Positions 44,043-53,713 of a stretch of DNA of 64,000 nucleotides are shown here, one piece after another. Source of the DNA: an uncultured Candidatus Saccharibacteria bacterium (GTDB lineage Bacteria; Patescibacteriota; Minisyncoccia; Portnoybacterales; UBA2143); NCBI GenBank assembly GCA_964517275.1, contig CAZFBL010000001.1, positions 14,144 through 78,143 on the forward strand, written 5' to 3'. A program made the position numbers and the translations under genes. How positions within the stretch are numbered: position 1 is the stretch's first letter; each line of letters opens with the position of its first letter. The notes beneath the pieces were generated by a model. That model was not told the DNA's origin and ran no database searches. It worked only from the letters and a program-made list of their open reading frames with translations.

Positions 44043-46574
44043 ATGTTTAGAAGAATAATTAAGCCAACAATTAAATTAGCTGTTTTTTGTTTAGTCATCG
44101 GTATTTTAGCCGTTCTGGCAATTTCGGCCTACTTCGCCAAAGACCTGCCCGATCCGACCAAAATCAGCCAGCGTCAGATAGTTGAATCAACCAAGATTTA
44201 CGACCGGACCGGCCAGACTGTCATTTATGATATCCATGGCGAGGAGAAAAGAACGGTTATCCTTTTTGAAGAAATACCCCAATTTGTCAAAGAGGCGACT
44301 GTAGTCATTGAAGATGATAATTTTTATCATCACTTTGGTCTGGATTGGCGAGGAATTCTGCGAGCCGCCTGGGCTAATTTAACCGGCAAAAAAATCGCCC
44401 AAGGCGGTTCAACCATAACCCAGCAGTTTATTAAAAACGCTTATTTAGGCGGCCCCCAATCGGCCAGGACTTTTACTCGAAAAATCAAAGAAGCCATTCT
44501 GGCTCCATTGATGGAAAGCAAGTATTCCAAGGATGAGATTCTCGGGTTTTATCTCAATCAGGTGCCTTACGGCTCCAATGCCTATGGTATTGAGGCAGCC
44601 GCCCAAACTTACTTTAGCAAACCGGCCCGAGACTTAACTTTAGCTGAATCAACTCTTTTAGCGGCCCTCCCTCAGGCGCCGAGTTACTATTCGCCTTACG
44701 GTTCTCATCCCGAAGAATTGAAAGCCAGGCAAGAATGTATTTTGGAAAGAATGGTTAAGTTCGGCTATATTACCGAAGAAGAAGCCAGCCAGGCTAAAGA
44801 AGAAGAATTAAAATACGCTTCCCAGATTGATCTCAAAGCGCATCATTTTGTAACTATGATTCAGGAATATCTGGAGGAAAACTATGGCCGCCAATATACT
44901 GATATCAATATGGCTGGCCTGAAGGTTTATACTAGCCTAGATTGGGAACTACAACAAATCGCCGAAGAGGCGGTCAAACAGGGAGCGGAACGAAACGAAA
45001 AAAACTACCGCGCTTCCAACGCCGCCCTGGTCGCCATCGACCCAAAAACTGGTCAGCTGCTCGCTTTGGTCGGCTCAAAGGGTTACCAGGAAGAACAATT
45101 CAATGTAGCAACCAGTCCCCATCGACAACCGGGCTCCTCTTTTAAACCGTTCGCTTACGCAGTCGCTTTCGAGAAGGGTTATAACCCAGAAACAATCTTA
45201 TTTGATTTAGAAACCAGCTTTGGCAAATTCGGACCAGGTGATGGTCAAGAATACGCTCCCAAAAACTATGATTTAAAATTCCGCGGCCCGGTGACCATGA
45301 GACAAGCCTTAGCTCAATCGATTAACTTACCTTCAGTCAAAACTCTTTATCTGGCCGGGGTTCAGGAAACTATCAATTTAGCCCAGGATATGGGCATTAC
45401 CACTCTTAAAGACCGTAGCCGCTACAGTTTATCTTTGGTTCTCGGCGGCGGCGAAGTTAAATTGATAGACGAAACCGCCGCCTACAGTGTTTTCGCCTCT
45501 GAAGGGATCAAGCATCCTTTGAAAATGATTCTCAAGATTGAGGACGCCCAAGGGAATATCTTGGAAGAATATAATGATGAAGCCATTCGTGTTCTCGACA
45601 AACAGGTTGCCCGGCAAATAAGCGATGTTTTATCAGACGAGGCGGCCCGAGCCCCAATGTTCGGCTATCGCTCCGACCTTTTTTTAGCCGGCCGGCCGGC
45701 CGCCGCTAAAACCGGAACGACACAAGATTATAGCGACGGTTGGACGGTTGGCTACACACCAAGTCTGGTTGTTGGTGTCTGGGCCGGCAACAACGACTAC
45801 ACCAAAAAGATGAGAATGGGCGCGGCCGGTCTCTATGTGGCCGCCCCGATTTGGCACGACTTTATGACTCAATCCTACCAACTAAAAGCTGGCCAAGAAG
45901 TCGAGGAAGAAAATCAATTCAGCCTACCAGCTGAGATAGAAGGTTTTAATCAACCACTGGCCAGCTCGACGACTACTAAGCCGATGTTAAACGGGCAATT
46001 AGCCTATCAAAAAAAGATTGAAATTGATAAGATTTCCGGCAAATTAGCCACCGACTTAACTCCGCCCGACCTGATTGAAGAAAGAATTTATCAGGAGGTC
46101 CACTCTATTCTCTATTATGTCGATAAAGACAATCCGCTGGCTGATTACACTGAATTATCCAGCCAAGATGCCCAATTTGATTACTGGGAAAAACCGGCCT
46201 TGGCCTGGGCATCAAGTCAACCCTGCTCGGCCAGCTCCTGCTACAATCAGGAGCCGCCTGAACAATATGACGATATTCACACCGAAGAGAACCAACCCAG
46301 GGTAAGGATTAGCTCGCCGCCAGATAATTCCCTGGTCAGTCAATCTGCCTTAACTGTCAAGGTTCAAGCCAGCGCTCCTTTAGACATCAAACAGTTGGAT
46401 TTCTTTTGCAATAATCGACTGGTCGGCAGCGACACGAATTATCCTTATTCGGTCAGTTTCAACCTTTTTTCTTACCTAAATACAGACTCAAGCGAACAGA
46501 TAATTAAAGTACGAGCTTATGACAAGGTGCTCAACCGCCAAGAGGATGAAATAACGATTAAAGTAAATCTGTAA
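44043..46574 (+). CDS. Class A penicillin-binding protein (glycosyltransferase + transpeptidase) with C-terminal extension
   Basis: GT51 motifs EDDNFYHHFGLDW and GGSTITQQFIKN. TP motifs including KTGTTQD. Start moved to ATG 44043 (TM MFRRIIKPTIKLAVF...) to avoid overlap with the tyrS start. Confidence 0.8.
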   Translation: MFRRIIKPTIKLAVFCLVIGILAVLAISAYFAKDLPDPTKISQRQIVESTKIYDRTGQTVIYDIHGEEKRTVILFEEIPQFVKEATVVIEDDNFYHHFGLDWRGILRAAWANLTGKKIAQGGSTITQQFIKNAYLGGPQSARTFTRKIKEAILAPLMESKYSKDEILGFYLNQVPYGSNAYGIEAAAQTYFSKPARDLTLAESTLLAALPQAPSYYSPYGSHPEELKARQECILERMVKFGYITEEEASQAKEEELKYASQIDLKAHHFVTMIQEYLEENYGRQYTDINMAGLKVYTSLDWELQQIAEEAVKQGAERNEKNYRASNAALVAIDPKTGQLLALVGSKGYQEEQFNVATSPHRQPGSSFKPFAYAVAFEKGYNPETILFDLETSFGKFGPGDGQEYAPKNYDLKFRGPVTMRQALAQSINLPSVKTLYLAGVQETINLAQDMGITTLKDRSRYSLSLVLGGGEVKLIDETAAYSVFASEGIKHPLKMILKIEDAQGNILEEYNDEAIRVLDKQVARQISDVLSDEAARAPMFGYRSDLFLAGRPAAAKTGTTQDYSDGWTVGYTPSLVVGVWAGNNDYTKKMRMGAAGLYVAAPIWHDFMTQSYQLKAGQEVEEENQFSLPAEIEGFNQPLASSTTTKPMLNGQLAYQKKIEIDKISGKLATDLTPPDLIEERIYQEVHSILYYVDKDNPLADYTELSSQDAQFDYWEKPALAWASSQPCSASSCYNQEPPEQYDDIHTEENQPRVRISSPPDNSLVSQSALTVKVQASAPLDIKQLDFFCNNRLVGSDTNYPYSVSFNLFSYLNTDSSEQIIKVRAYDKVLNRQEDEITIKVNL

Positions 46575-46586
46575 ATATGTATAATT

Positions 46587-47438
46587 ATGTATAATCCGGA
46601 AGAATTGCTTTTAAAAAAACAGGCCGCTCCCGAAGAAGAGCTTTGCCCGAATGAAGAAAAAGTCTACCATGACTATGTTTTAAGCTATAAAAAAGAGAGC
46701 GTAAAAATAGATAATTTTTCTGATATTTATCCGGAAATAAAAATCAAGAGAGATGTAAAAAGGGTGGCTGAGATTAAAGAAAAATTCTGGTCTGGTAAAA
46801 CCGAGCGTTCGGAGATTCTAGAGGCAATTCTGGCCAGGCAGATTGAGCAAGCCAATTGGTTTGGCGAGAATTGTTCCGTCGTCCGGACTTCTGAATATGA
46901 TGATTTGGTCAATCACACCGACTTGGTCGCTGAATTCGAAGAAGAAGGTATATTCATCAGACTGGCTCTAGATGTGACAACCAGTCAGGATAAAGACACT
47001 TTAGCCGATAAGATAAGATCTATTGAAAAAGAAATAGACCAAGGTAAATTAACTAGCTTGGAATATTATTTATCCGAAGAAACCGAACCGCCAACCAAGG
47101 GTCGGCTGGAAATGGTCCCCCGGGTAATTATTGGGACTGATAGAGAGGGAGTTAAAGAATTAAGCGACCTGGTTAAGAAAACAATTGACCAGGAGAAAGG
47201 AAGTAATCTTGAATTGGCTAATTCTCAGGTCCAAATTGAATTACTAACCGAAGTCAAAGAACAGCTGGAATACTTTATTGATTACGCTAAAGAGAAGAAG
47301 GCTGCCCCTTTTTTGATTAACCAACAAAAGAAAGTTTTGAAAATTATTGAGCGAGCTTTGGAAAATAAAAAGAGCTCGATTGGTCCAACCAACCGAGCTC
47401 GCCAGAATGACACCTATCAGTTTCTCAGCTCTCTTTAG
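46587..47438 (+). CDS. Hypothetical protein (283 aa, acidic)
   Basis: ORF only. Confidence 0.4.
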   Translation: MYNPEELLLKKQAAPEEELCPNEEKVYHDYVLSYKKESVKIDNFSDIYPEIKIKRDVKRVAEIKEKFWSGKTERSEILEAILARQIEQANWFGENCSVVRTSEYDDLVNHTDLVAEFEEEGIFIRLALDVTTSQDKDTLADKIRSIEKEIDQGKLTSLEYYLSEETEPPTKGRLEMVPRVIIGTDREGVKELSDLVKKTIDQEKGSNLELANSQVQIELLTEVKEQLEYFIDYAKEKKAAPFLINQQKKVLKIIERALENKKSSIGPTNRARQNDTYQFLSSL

Positions 47439-47630
47439 CTTCTTTTTGGTCTTTATCTTTAGGGATTTCTTTACTTCTTTCCTTTTTTAATATAGAAGAA
47501 ATCCTATAAAATATCCCACCTTTAGGAATTTCCTGTTTAGGGATTTTTTTATCCCCTTTTTCCATCTCCTCCTCCTTTTTAAATCTAAGATAACTTAATA
47601 ATAAAACAAAAAAATAACTAATGTCAATAT

Positions 47631-48734
47631 TTAAGCCTTAATCGGCATAACTAAATAAGTGTAACTAGTGTCACCAACCGGCCTAATAACTATTGGCTTG
47701 TCGCTTCCGTTAAAACCTAAGCTAATTTTATCGCTAAAAATATTATTCAAGCCATCTAAAAGATAGCGGTAATTAAAAACTGTCTCAACTTCCCGGCCGT
47801 CGATTTTAGCCTCAATTTGAGACTTGTTTTCGCCAATATCAACATCTTTAGCGACAATCTCTAATAACGACTTCTCTGAATTAATGATTATCTTAATATT
47901 ATTTATTTTTCCGCTAAAAAGGCTGGCTACTTTAATATTACTAATTAAGTCTTCCCGATTAATAATTACTTCGGTCTTAAAATCATTAGGGATAATTTGT
48001 TGATAATCTGGGTATTGACCGTCGATTAACCTGGAGATAACTTGGTAATCTTCTAAATCAAATAAAATCTGGCCGGTTGATAAAACTATTTTAACCTCAT
48101 TTTCATTATCATTTAATATCCTAATTAGCTCTTGAATGGTTCTATGAGGAATAATTACTGTATGAGTTTTTGAGCTTTGAATGTTTTTAACTTCAATATT
48201 TTTTTCAGCTAAACGGAAACTATCAGTTGCCGCCAGTTTAATTAAACTTTTGTCGAATTTAGTATATATCCCTGAAATTTCCGGTCGCGATTCAGAAAAA
48301 GAAACCATCTCAACCACCTGAGATAAGCTATTTTTTAAAACCAACCCGTTAATTTTAATAACTGGCTCTTCTTTGATTTTTGGAATAATCGGGAAATCAT
48401 CAGCGCTTAACCCATTAATAATAGATTTAAATTTTTCACAACGTAGTTCTAATTGATTATTCTTGGTTTTAAGTTCTACTTTTTTATTAGGTAGGTTATT
48501 AATTAAATCGCTAATTAACCTCGCAGGAACGGTAATTTTACCTGATTCCGTTACTTTACCACTTAACCAAGTATTAATACCGATTTCTAAATTAGTTGAG
48601 GAAACCTTTAATTTACTTTTCTCAACCACTAAAAGAAGATTATTTAAAATAGGTAAAGATAAATTACGTCCAATAATCCTTTCAGTAATATTAAGAGCTT
48701 GTTTTAATTTTTCTTGAAGACAAATTATCTGCAT
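47631..48734 (-). CDS. dnaN: DNA polymerase III beta sliding clamp
   Basis: Three-domain length (367 aa). N-terminus MQIICLQEKLKQALNITERIIGRN. Immediately downstream of dnaA. Confidence 0.85.
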   Translation of the reverse strand: MQIICLQEKLKQALNITERIIGRNLSLPILNNLLLVVEKSKLKVSSTNLEIGINTWLSGKVTESGKITVPARLISDLINNLPNKKVELKTKNNQLELRCEKFKSIINGLSADDFPIIPKIKEEPVIKINGLVLKNSLSQVVEMVSFSESRPEISGIYTKFDKSLIKLAATDSFRLAEKNIEVKNIQSSKTHTVIIPHRTIQELIRILNDNENEVKIVLSTGQILFDLEDYQVISRLIDGQYPDYQQIIPNDFKTEVIINREDLISNIKVASLFSGKINNIKIIINSEKSLLEIVAKDVDIGENKSQIEAKIDGREVETVFNYRYLLDGLNNIFSDKISLGFNGSDKPIVIRPVGDTSYTYLVMPIKA

Positions 48735-48908
48735 AATTATAATAATAATTATAATAATAATTATAATATATAATATTATTATTAATGTTAGGGTTTTAAA
48801 AACTGGGGAAAAACTATTTTAGTTTAATTATTAATTAGTAAAACAGTTTTAAAACTTGTTGAATTTATAATTAATAATCTGTTGATAATATTTTGATAAC
48901 TTTATAGG
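48735..48908. promoter_or_regulatory. AT-rich DNA-unwinding-element-like tract of oriC between dnaA and dnaN
   Basis: Direct repeats ATAATAATTATAAT x2 in a tract of >85% AT. DnaA-box-like TGTTGATAA (TTATCAACA) at 48877-48885. Confidence 0.55.
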
Positions 48909-50264
48909 CTAACTATAAATTCTTTCCTTGATTAAATTTATTTCTTGTAGGAGTGATTCGTTATTTTCAATATTCTTATTGATTTTTTGGTAGGCATACA
49001 TAACTGTTGTATGGTCGCGGCCGCCTATTTTTTCACCGATATATGGGTAAGAACCGTTAAGTTCTTCGCGAATTAGATACATAGTTATCTGACGGGGATA
49101 AACCAACTCTTTTTTTCGAGAACGGTTGATTAATTCATTAATACTGATATCATAAAATTCAGCGACTGCCTTAAGAATATTTTTTAAATTAGTCTTTCTT
49201 TTTGGGCTACTAATGATTTTAGAAAGAATCTGTGAGGTATTTTTTAAATTAGGTGAAATTTCATTCATTTGACAAAAAACAATTAATCTATTAAGCGCAC
49301 CTTCTAATTCTCTGATATTTTTTTGGACATTATTGGCAATGTAATTTACGACTTCTTCTTGTATTTTGAAATTTTTATCCTTAACTTTACTTCTAAGGAT
49401 AGCCATTCTTGTCTCTAAGTCGGGATAACTAATATCAGCAATCATTCCTCCTTCAAAACGGGAACGAAGTCTTTCTTCTAAAGTAGAAATTGCCTTGGGT
49501 GGCCGGTCAGAACTAATGATAATTTGCTTATTTTTCTGATAAAGAGAATTAAAGGTGTGGAAAAATTCCTCTTGGGTCTTCTCTTTGCCGGCAATGAAAT
49601 GAATATCGTCAATAATTAAAGTGTCTATTTTCTGGTATTTCTTTTTAAAACTATCCATTCCTTTTTTGGAAATAGCGTCAACTAGTTCGCTGGTGTATTT
49701 TTCAGAACTAAGATATTTAACTTTTTTATTGGGATATTTTTTAACTAACTCATTCCCGACAGCCTGAAGAAGATGAGTTTTACCTAGACCGACTCCGCCG
49801 TAAATAAAAAGAGGGTTGTAAAGCGTGCCTAAATGTTTAATAACCCCCAGGCCGGCCGCCTGGGCCAGTTCATTAAAGGAGCCGATAACAAAATTTTCAA
49901 AACTGTATTTAGGGTTTAGATTGGTTTCTCCATTAACATTAAACTCCTGGAATTTAAGTTGGTCTTCAGAGAAAGTGAAAGGAGGTTTTCTTTTAGCTGG
50001 ACTGGTTTCCAAAATAACTCCTCCCTCGATAATGAATTTAATTTCTTTGATATCAGGAGAATTATTACGTAGGATTTTTAAAATGAGTTTATTATATTTA
50101 TTTTCCAGCCATTCTTTAGTAAATGCGTTAGGGACGCCAATAGTAATCACTCCATCTTTTTTTGAGTGAATCCTGGTGTTTCTGAACCAAGTGATAAAAT
50201 TAGCTTTGGAAATACTTAATTCTATTTCGCCTAAGATAGCCTGCCAGAGTTCTTTTAAATTCAT
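48909..50264 (-). CDS. dnaA: Chromosomal replication initiator DnaA
   Basis: AAA+ Walker A GGVGLGKTHLL. DnaA signature and C-terminal DNA-binding helix region. Confidence 0.95.
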   Translation of the reverse strand: MNLKELWQAILGEIELSISKANFITWFRNTRIHSKKDGVITIGVPNAFTKEWLENKYNKLILKILRNNSPDIKEIKFIIEGGVILETSPAKRKPPFTFSEDQLKFQEFNVNGETNLNPKYSFENFVIGSFNELAQAAGLGVIKHLGTLYNPLFIYGGVGLGKTHLLQAVGNELVKKYPNKKVKYLSSEKYTSELVDAISKKGMDSFKKKYQKIDTLIIDDIHFIAGKEKTQEEFFHTFNSLYQKNKQIIISSDRPPKAISTLEERLRSRFEGGMIADISYPDLETRMAILRSKVKDKNFKIQEEVVNYIANNVQKNIRELEGALNRLIVFCQMNEISPNLKNTSQILSKIISSPKRKTNLKNILKAVAEFYDISINELINRSRKKELVYPRQITMYLIREELNGSYPYIGEKIGGRDHTTVMYAYQKINKNIENNESLLQEINLIKERIYS

Positions 50265-50521
50265 TGTGTTTTATCCGAGTTAAAATATTATAAAGAAAAA
50301 GGTGGTGAAAAATATTTCCTCTGTGCTTCAATTGACCGGATAATTGAAGAATCTGTTGTTATTCTACCACAATTAAAAAAATAATAAACAGGTCTTTTTT
50401 GTTAACAAGTTGTGGAAGAAGAGTGGATAAATTAAAGGCATAAATTAACAGCTTGTTGATTTGACGAAATACTCCTTAAATGCTAATCTGAATTAACAAA
50501 CCTTCTGTCTATTTTAATCCT
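50265..50521. promoter_or_regulatory. DnaA-box cluster upstream of dnaA (oriC part 1)
   Basis: TTATCCGAG (50267-75), CCGGATAA, TGTGGAAGA, AGTGGATAA (8/9 to TGTGGATAA). Confidence 0.5.
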
Positions 50522-50656
50522 ATGTCTATTACTTATCAACCCAAAAAGAAGAAACGCAAGAAAACCCACGGCTTTCGGGCTAGGATGGCTACTCGATACG
50601 GTCGACGGGTTTTGTCTCGTCGCCGGCGTAAACAACGGGAAAAAATAACCGTCTAG
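50522..50656 (+). CDS. rpmH: 50S ribosomal protein L34
   Basis: [44 protein letters not shown]. Not in the ORF track (44 aa). Confidence 0.85.
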   Translation: MSITYQPKKKKRKKTHGFRARMATRYGRRVLSRRRRKQREKITV

Positions 50657-50742
50657 TTTTATTGACTTAATGAGCGAAGGAAACGAAAATTTGTTTCTAT
50701 TTCCAAGCAAGTGAATTAATATATAGGTAATAAAATTTTTTA

Positions 50743-51081
50743 ATGTTACCTGGAAAATATAAGCTAAAAAAAGAAAGCCATTTCAAGAGAGTTTTCCGTC
50801 AAGGGAAAACCTGCCAAGGAGAATTTATCCGTCTTAAGTTTTTTAGGAATAATTTAGAGATTAGCCGTTTTGCGTTTGTTGTTAGTTTAAAAACATCCAA
50901 AAAAGCCAGTCAGCGGAATAAAATCAGGCGTCAATTAGAAGAAATAATCCGTTCAAGATTAGAATTAATCAAACCCGGACTTGATATGGTTATTTCTGTT
51001 AATCCGGAAATAATTAATCAAAATTACCAAACCATTGAAAAAAAACTGATGAATTTATTCAAAAAAGCTAAACTGATCTAG
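50743..51081 (+). CDS. rnpA: RNase P protein component
   Basis: Basic 112-aa protein following rpmH, with ...RNKIRRQLEE... RNR-like motif. Confidence 0.8.
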   Translation: MLPGKYKLKKESHFKRVFRQGKTCQGEFIRLKFFRNNLEISRFAFVVSLKTSKKASQRNKIRRQLEEIIRSRLELIKPGLDMVISVNPEIINQNYQTIEKKLMNLFKKAKLI

Positions 51082-51082
51082 T

Positions 51083-51808
51083 ATGGAAATATTAATAAAT
51101 TTTTTTAATCAAATCCTTTATTACCCTTTATTCAACGCCCTAATTTGGCTTTATAATAATATCCCAGGCCAAGATTTAGGGATAGCCATCATTGTTTTGA
51201 CCGCTCTAATACGTTTTATTTTATACCCTCTTTCCCAAAAGGCAATCCAGTCTCAAAAAGCGATGGCTAAATTACAGCCGGAGATAAAGGAAATTAGGAA
51301 GAAATACAAAGGGAAAGAAGAACAGGCCAAGGCGATGATGAATTTATATCAGAAATACAAGATTAATCCTTTTTCCGGTTGTCTGCCTATTCTTATTCAA
51401 CTACCCATCCTGTTCGCTCTTTATAGGGTTTTCTTCACCGGTTTAGACCCCCAGAGATTAAATGGACTTTATAGCTTTATTGAACAGCCGACATCGTTAA
51501 GCCCGATGTTTTTGGGGATAGTCGACCTTTCTCAAAGAAGTATCATTTTAGCTGTTTTAACTGGTATTCTTATGTTTATTCAATCTAAAATGATTATGCC
51601 TAAAAAAACAGCTCAACCGACCCAAGGGGTGAAAATAGCTGGTTTGGACATTTCTTCTCTAATGAGTCAACAGATGCTTTACTTTATGCCGTTAATCACT
51701 GTTTTAATTGCTTGGAATTTGCCGGCCGCTCTGCCTCTTTATTGGATAGTTATTACCCTATTCGGAATTATTCAGCAGTATTTTACAAAAGTTAAAATTG
51801 AAGGTTAG
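51083..51808 (+). CDS. yidC: Membrane protein insertase YidC (short Oxa1-like form)
   Basis: LGIAIIVLTALIRFILYPLSQKAIQS...PFSGCLPILIQLPILFALY. Confidence 0.85.
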   Translation: MEILINFFNQILYYPLFNALIWLYNNIPGQDLGIAIIVLTALIRFILYPLSQKAIQSQKAMAKLQPEIKEIRKKYKGKEEQAKAMMNLYQKYKINPFSGCLPILIQLPILFALYRVFFTGLDPQRLNGLYSFIEQPTSLSPMFLGIVDLSQRSIILAVLTGILMFIQSKMIMPKKTAQPTQGVKIAGLDISSLMSQQMLYFMPLITVLIAWNLPAALPLYWIVITLFGIIQQYFTKVKIEG

Positions 51809-51823
51809 AATATAAATACAAGT

Positions 51824-52285
51824 ATGGAGAAAGAAAATCTTATCAAAGATACAATTAACCAGTTATTAAAAATAATCGGAATTGACGGTCAGTTGACTGT
51901 CGATGGTTTAAACCAAGATAATATTTTAGTTAATATCCAGACTGAGCAAGGCGGATTTTTAATTGGTCAGGCCGGAGCTAATTTAAACGCTCTCCAACAC
52001 ATCGCTCGTTTGTTGGTTAATAAGAAAAACAATCAGACGATTCGATTTATCCTGGACGTCAATAATTATCGTCGTCATCGTTTAGAGTTACTGGAAGAGT
52101 TAGCTCAAGATATGGCTAAGCAGGCTTTAACCAGGCGAGTCTCTTTGATTTTACACCCAATGCCGGCCTATGAAAGAAGAATTATTCATTTAGCGTTGGC
52201 TGAACAGCCGGAAATAAACACTCAAAGCACTGGCCAAGAGCCGAAGAGGAGGATAGTCATCAAACCGGTCAGTCAGGATAAATAA
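51824..52285 (+). CDS. jag: Jag/KhpB R3H-domain RNA-binding protein
   Basis: C-terminal R3H YERRIIHLALAE. Downstream of yidC. Confidence 0.75.
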   Translation: MEKENLIKDTINQLLKIIGIDGQLTVDGLNQDNILVNIQTEQGGFLIGQAGANLNALQHIARLLVNKKNNQTIRFILDVNNYRRHRLELLEELAQDMAKQALTRRVSLILHPMPAYERRIIHLALAEQPEINTQSTGQEPKRRIVIKPVSQDK

Positions 52286-52297
52286 ATCGACTACCCA

Positions 52298-53713
52298 ATG
52301 CTTGGTAGAAAAATTACCTATAATACGATTGTGGCGGCTGGGGCTAGAGTTATTAATCTAGCCCTTTCTTTAATTATTATTGGTTTTATCACCCGTTACT
52401 TGGGACAAACTGGTTTTGGCCAATACACAACTATTCTGGCTTTCTTGTACTTCTTCAGCGTTTTGGCTGATTTGGGCCTTTACTCTATTTGTCTGCGGGA
52501 AATTTCCCGACCGACCGCCGATGAGAGAAAAATAGCCAGTAATGCTTTTACTCTGAGATTAGTGGCCGGCTTATTTATTTTCAGCTTAGCCCCCTTAGCC
52601 GGCTATTTCTTCCCTTATCCGGGACAGGTCAAGTTAGGTATTTTGATTGGAGCAATCGGTTTCTGGCTTTTGTCAAATCAGCAGGTTCTGATGAGTGTCT
52701 TCCAAAAGTATCTGCGAGTAGATAAAGTCGCCTTGGCTGATTTCTTGGGTCGGCTGCTTCAATTGAGCTTAGTCCTCTTTTTTATCTGGCAGGAGAAAGA
52801 TTTTCTGTTTATCGTCAGCGCGATGGTTGGAGGCGCTTTGGTTAATTTTCTGCTGGTTTTTATTTTTAGTCAAAAGTATATTCCTATCTCATTGCAATTT
52901 GATTTCATCTTTTGGCGCTCTTTACTTAGAGAATCCCTGCCTCTGGCTTTGGCTATCGTTTTCACAATGATTTATTTTCGGATAGATACTATTATGCTTT
53001 CCCTAATGAAAAGCGCGGCCGAAGTCGGTATTTACGGTTTGGCTTACAAAATTCTGGAAAGCCTGATTTTCTTTCCGGCTATGTTCGTCGGCTTGGTTAT
53101 GCCTCTACTTTCCAGGTACGCCCTGGCCGCTAGGGAAAAATTCAGAAAAGTCAGCCAACAAACTTTAAATGTTTTGCTTATTTTTATCATTCCCATGGTT
53201 GTCGGCACCATCTTTCTTTCTCGGCCGGCAGTTACTTTGATTGCCGGTCGAGAATTTTCTCTTTCGGCCGGCGTTTTGAATATTCTTATTTTTGCGACCG
53301 GCCTTATTTTCTTGGGTACGCTTTTAAGCAACATGATTATTGCCCTAAAGGAACAAAGAAAATTGACTTATATTTACGGCTTAGGGGCTTTATTGAATCT
53401 GGTTGCCAATTTTATTTTTATTCCCAAGTATTCCTATTATGGAGCGGCCGTAACAACCGTTCTGACCGAATTAATTGTTACTTTACTGATGCTGGTCGTT
53501 CTTTATCGGCTTTTGAGAAAATTTATTTCCTTCAGCTCGTTGGTTAAATGCCTGGCGGCCGGCTTGATTATGGCCGCTTTGCTTTATGTCTGGCCGACAG
53601 CTAATTTATTTATCGTAATTATTTTAGCCAGCTTGGCTTACTTCGGTAGTCTGTATCTAATTGGCGGTTTTTCAACCAAAGACCTGTTAGCTTTAGTTAA
53701 GAAAAATGTTTAA
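52298..53713 (+). CDS. Polysaccharide/oligosaccharide flippase (Wzx/PST family)
   Basis: 471 aa with about 12-14 TM. N-terminus RVINLALSLIIIGFITRYLGQTGFGQY is typical of the PST family. Confidence 0.65.
   Translation: MLGRKITYNTIVAAGARVINLALSLIIIGFITRYLGQTGFGQYTTILAFLYFFSVLADLGLYSICLREISRPTADERKIASNAFTLRLVAGLFIFSLAPLAGYFFPYPGQVKLGILIGAIGFWLLSNQQVLMSVFQKYLRVDKVALADFLGRLLQLSLVLFFIWQEKDFLFIVSAMVGGALVNFLLVFIFSQKYIPISLQFDFIFWRSLLRESLPLALAIVFTMIYFRIDTIMLSLMKSAAEVGIYGLAYKILESLIFFPAMFVGLVMPLLSRYALAAREKFRKVSQQTLNVLLIFIIPMVVGTIFLSRPAVTLIAGREFSLSAGVLNILIFATGLIFLGTLLSNMIIALKEQRKLTYIYGLGALLNLVANFIFIPKYSYYGAAVTTVLTELIVTLLMLVVLYRLLRKFISFSSLVKCLAAGLIMAALLYVWPTANLFIVIILASLAYFGSLYLIGGFSTKDLLALVKKNV

Noticed and set aside
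48735-48800. ATAATAATTATAAT repeats considered as a mobile-element remnant or CRISPR
   Set aside because: This is a pure AT tract in the dnaA-dnaN spacer, the position and composition of an origin DUE.
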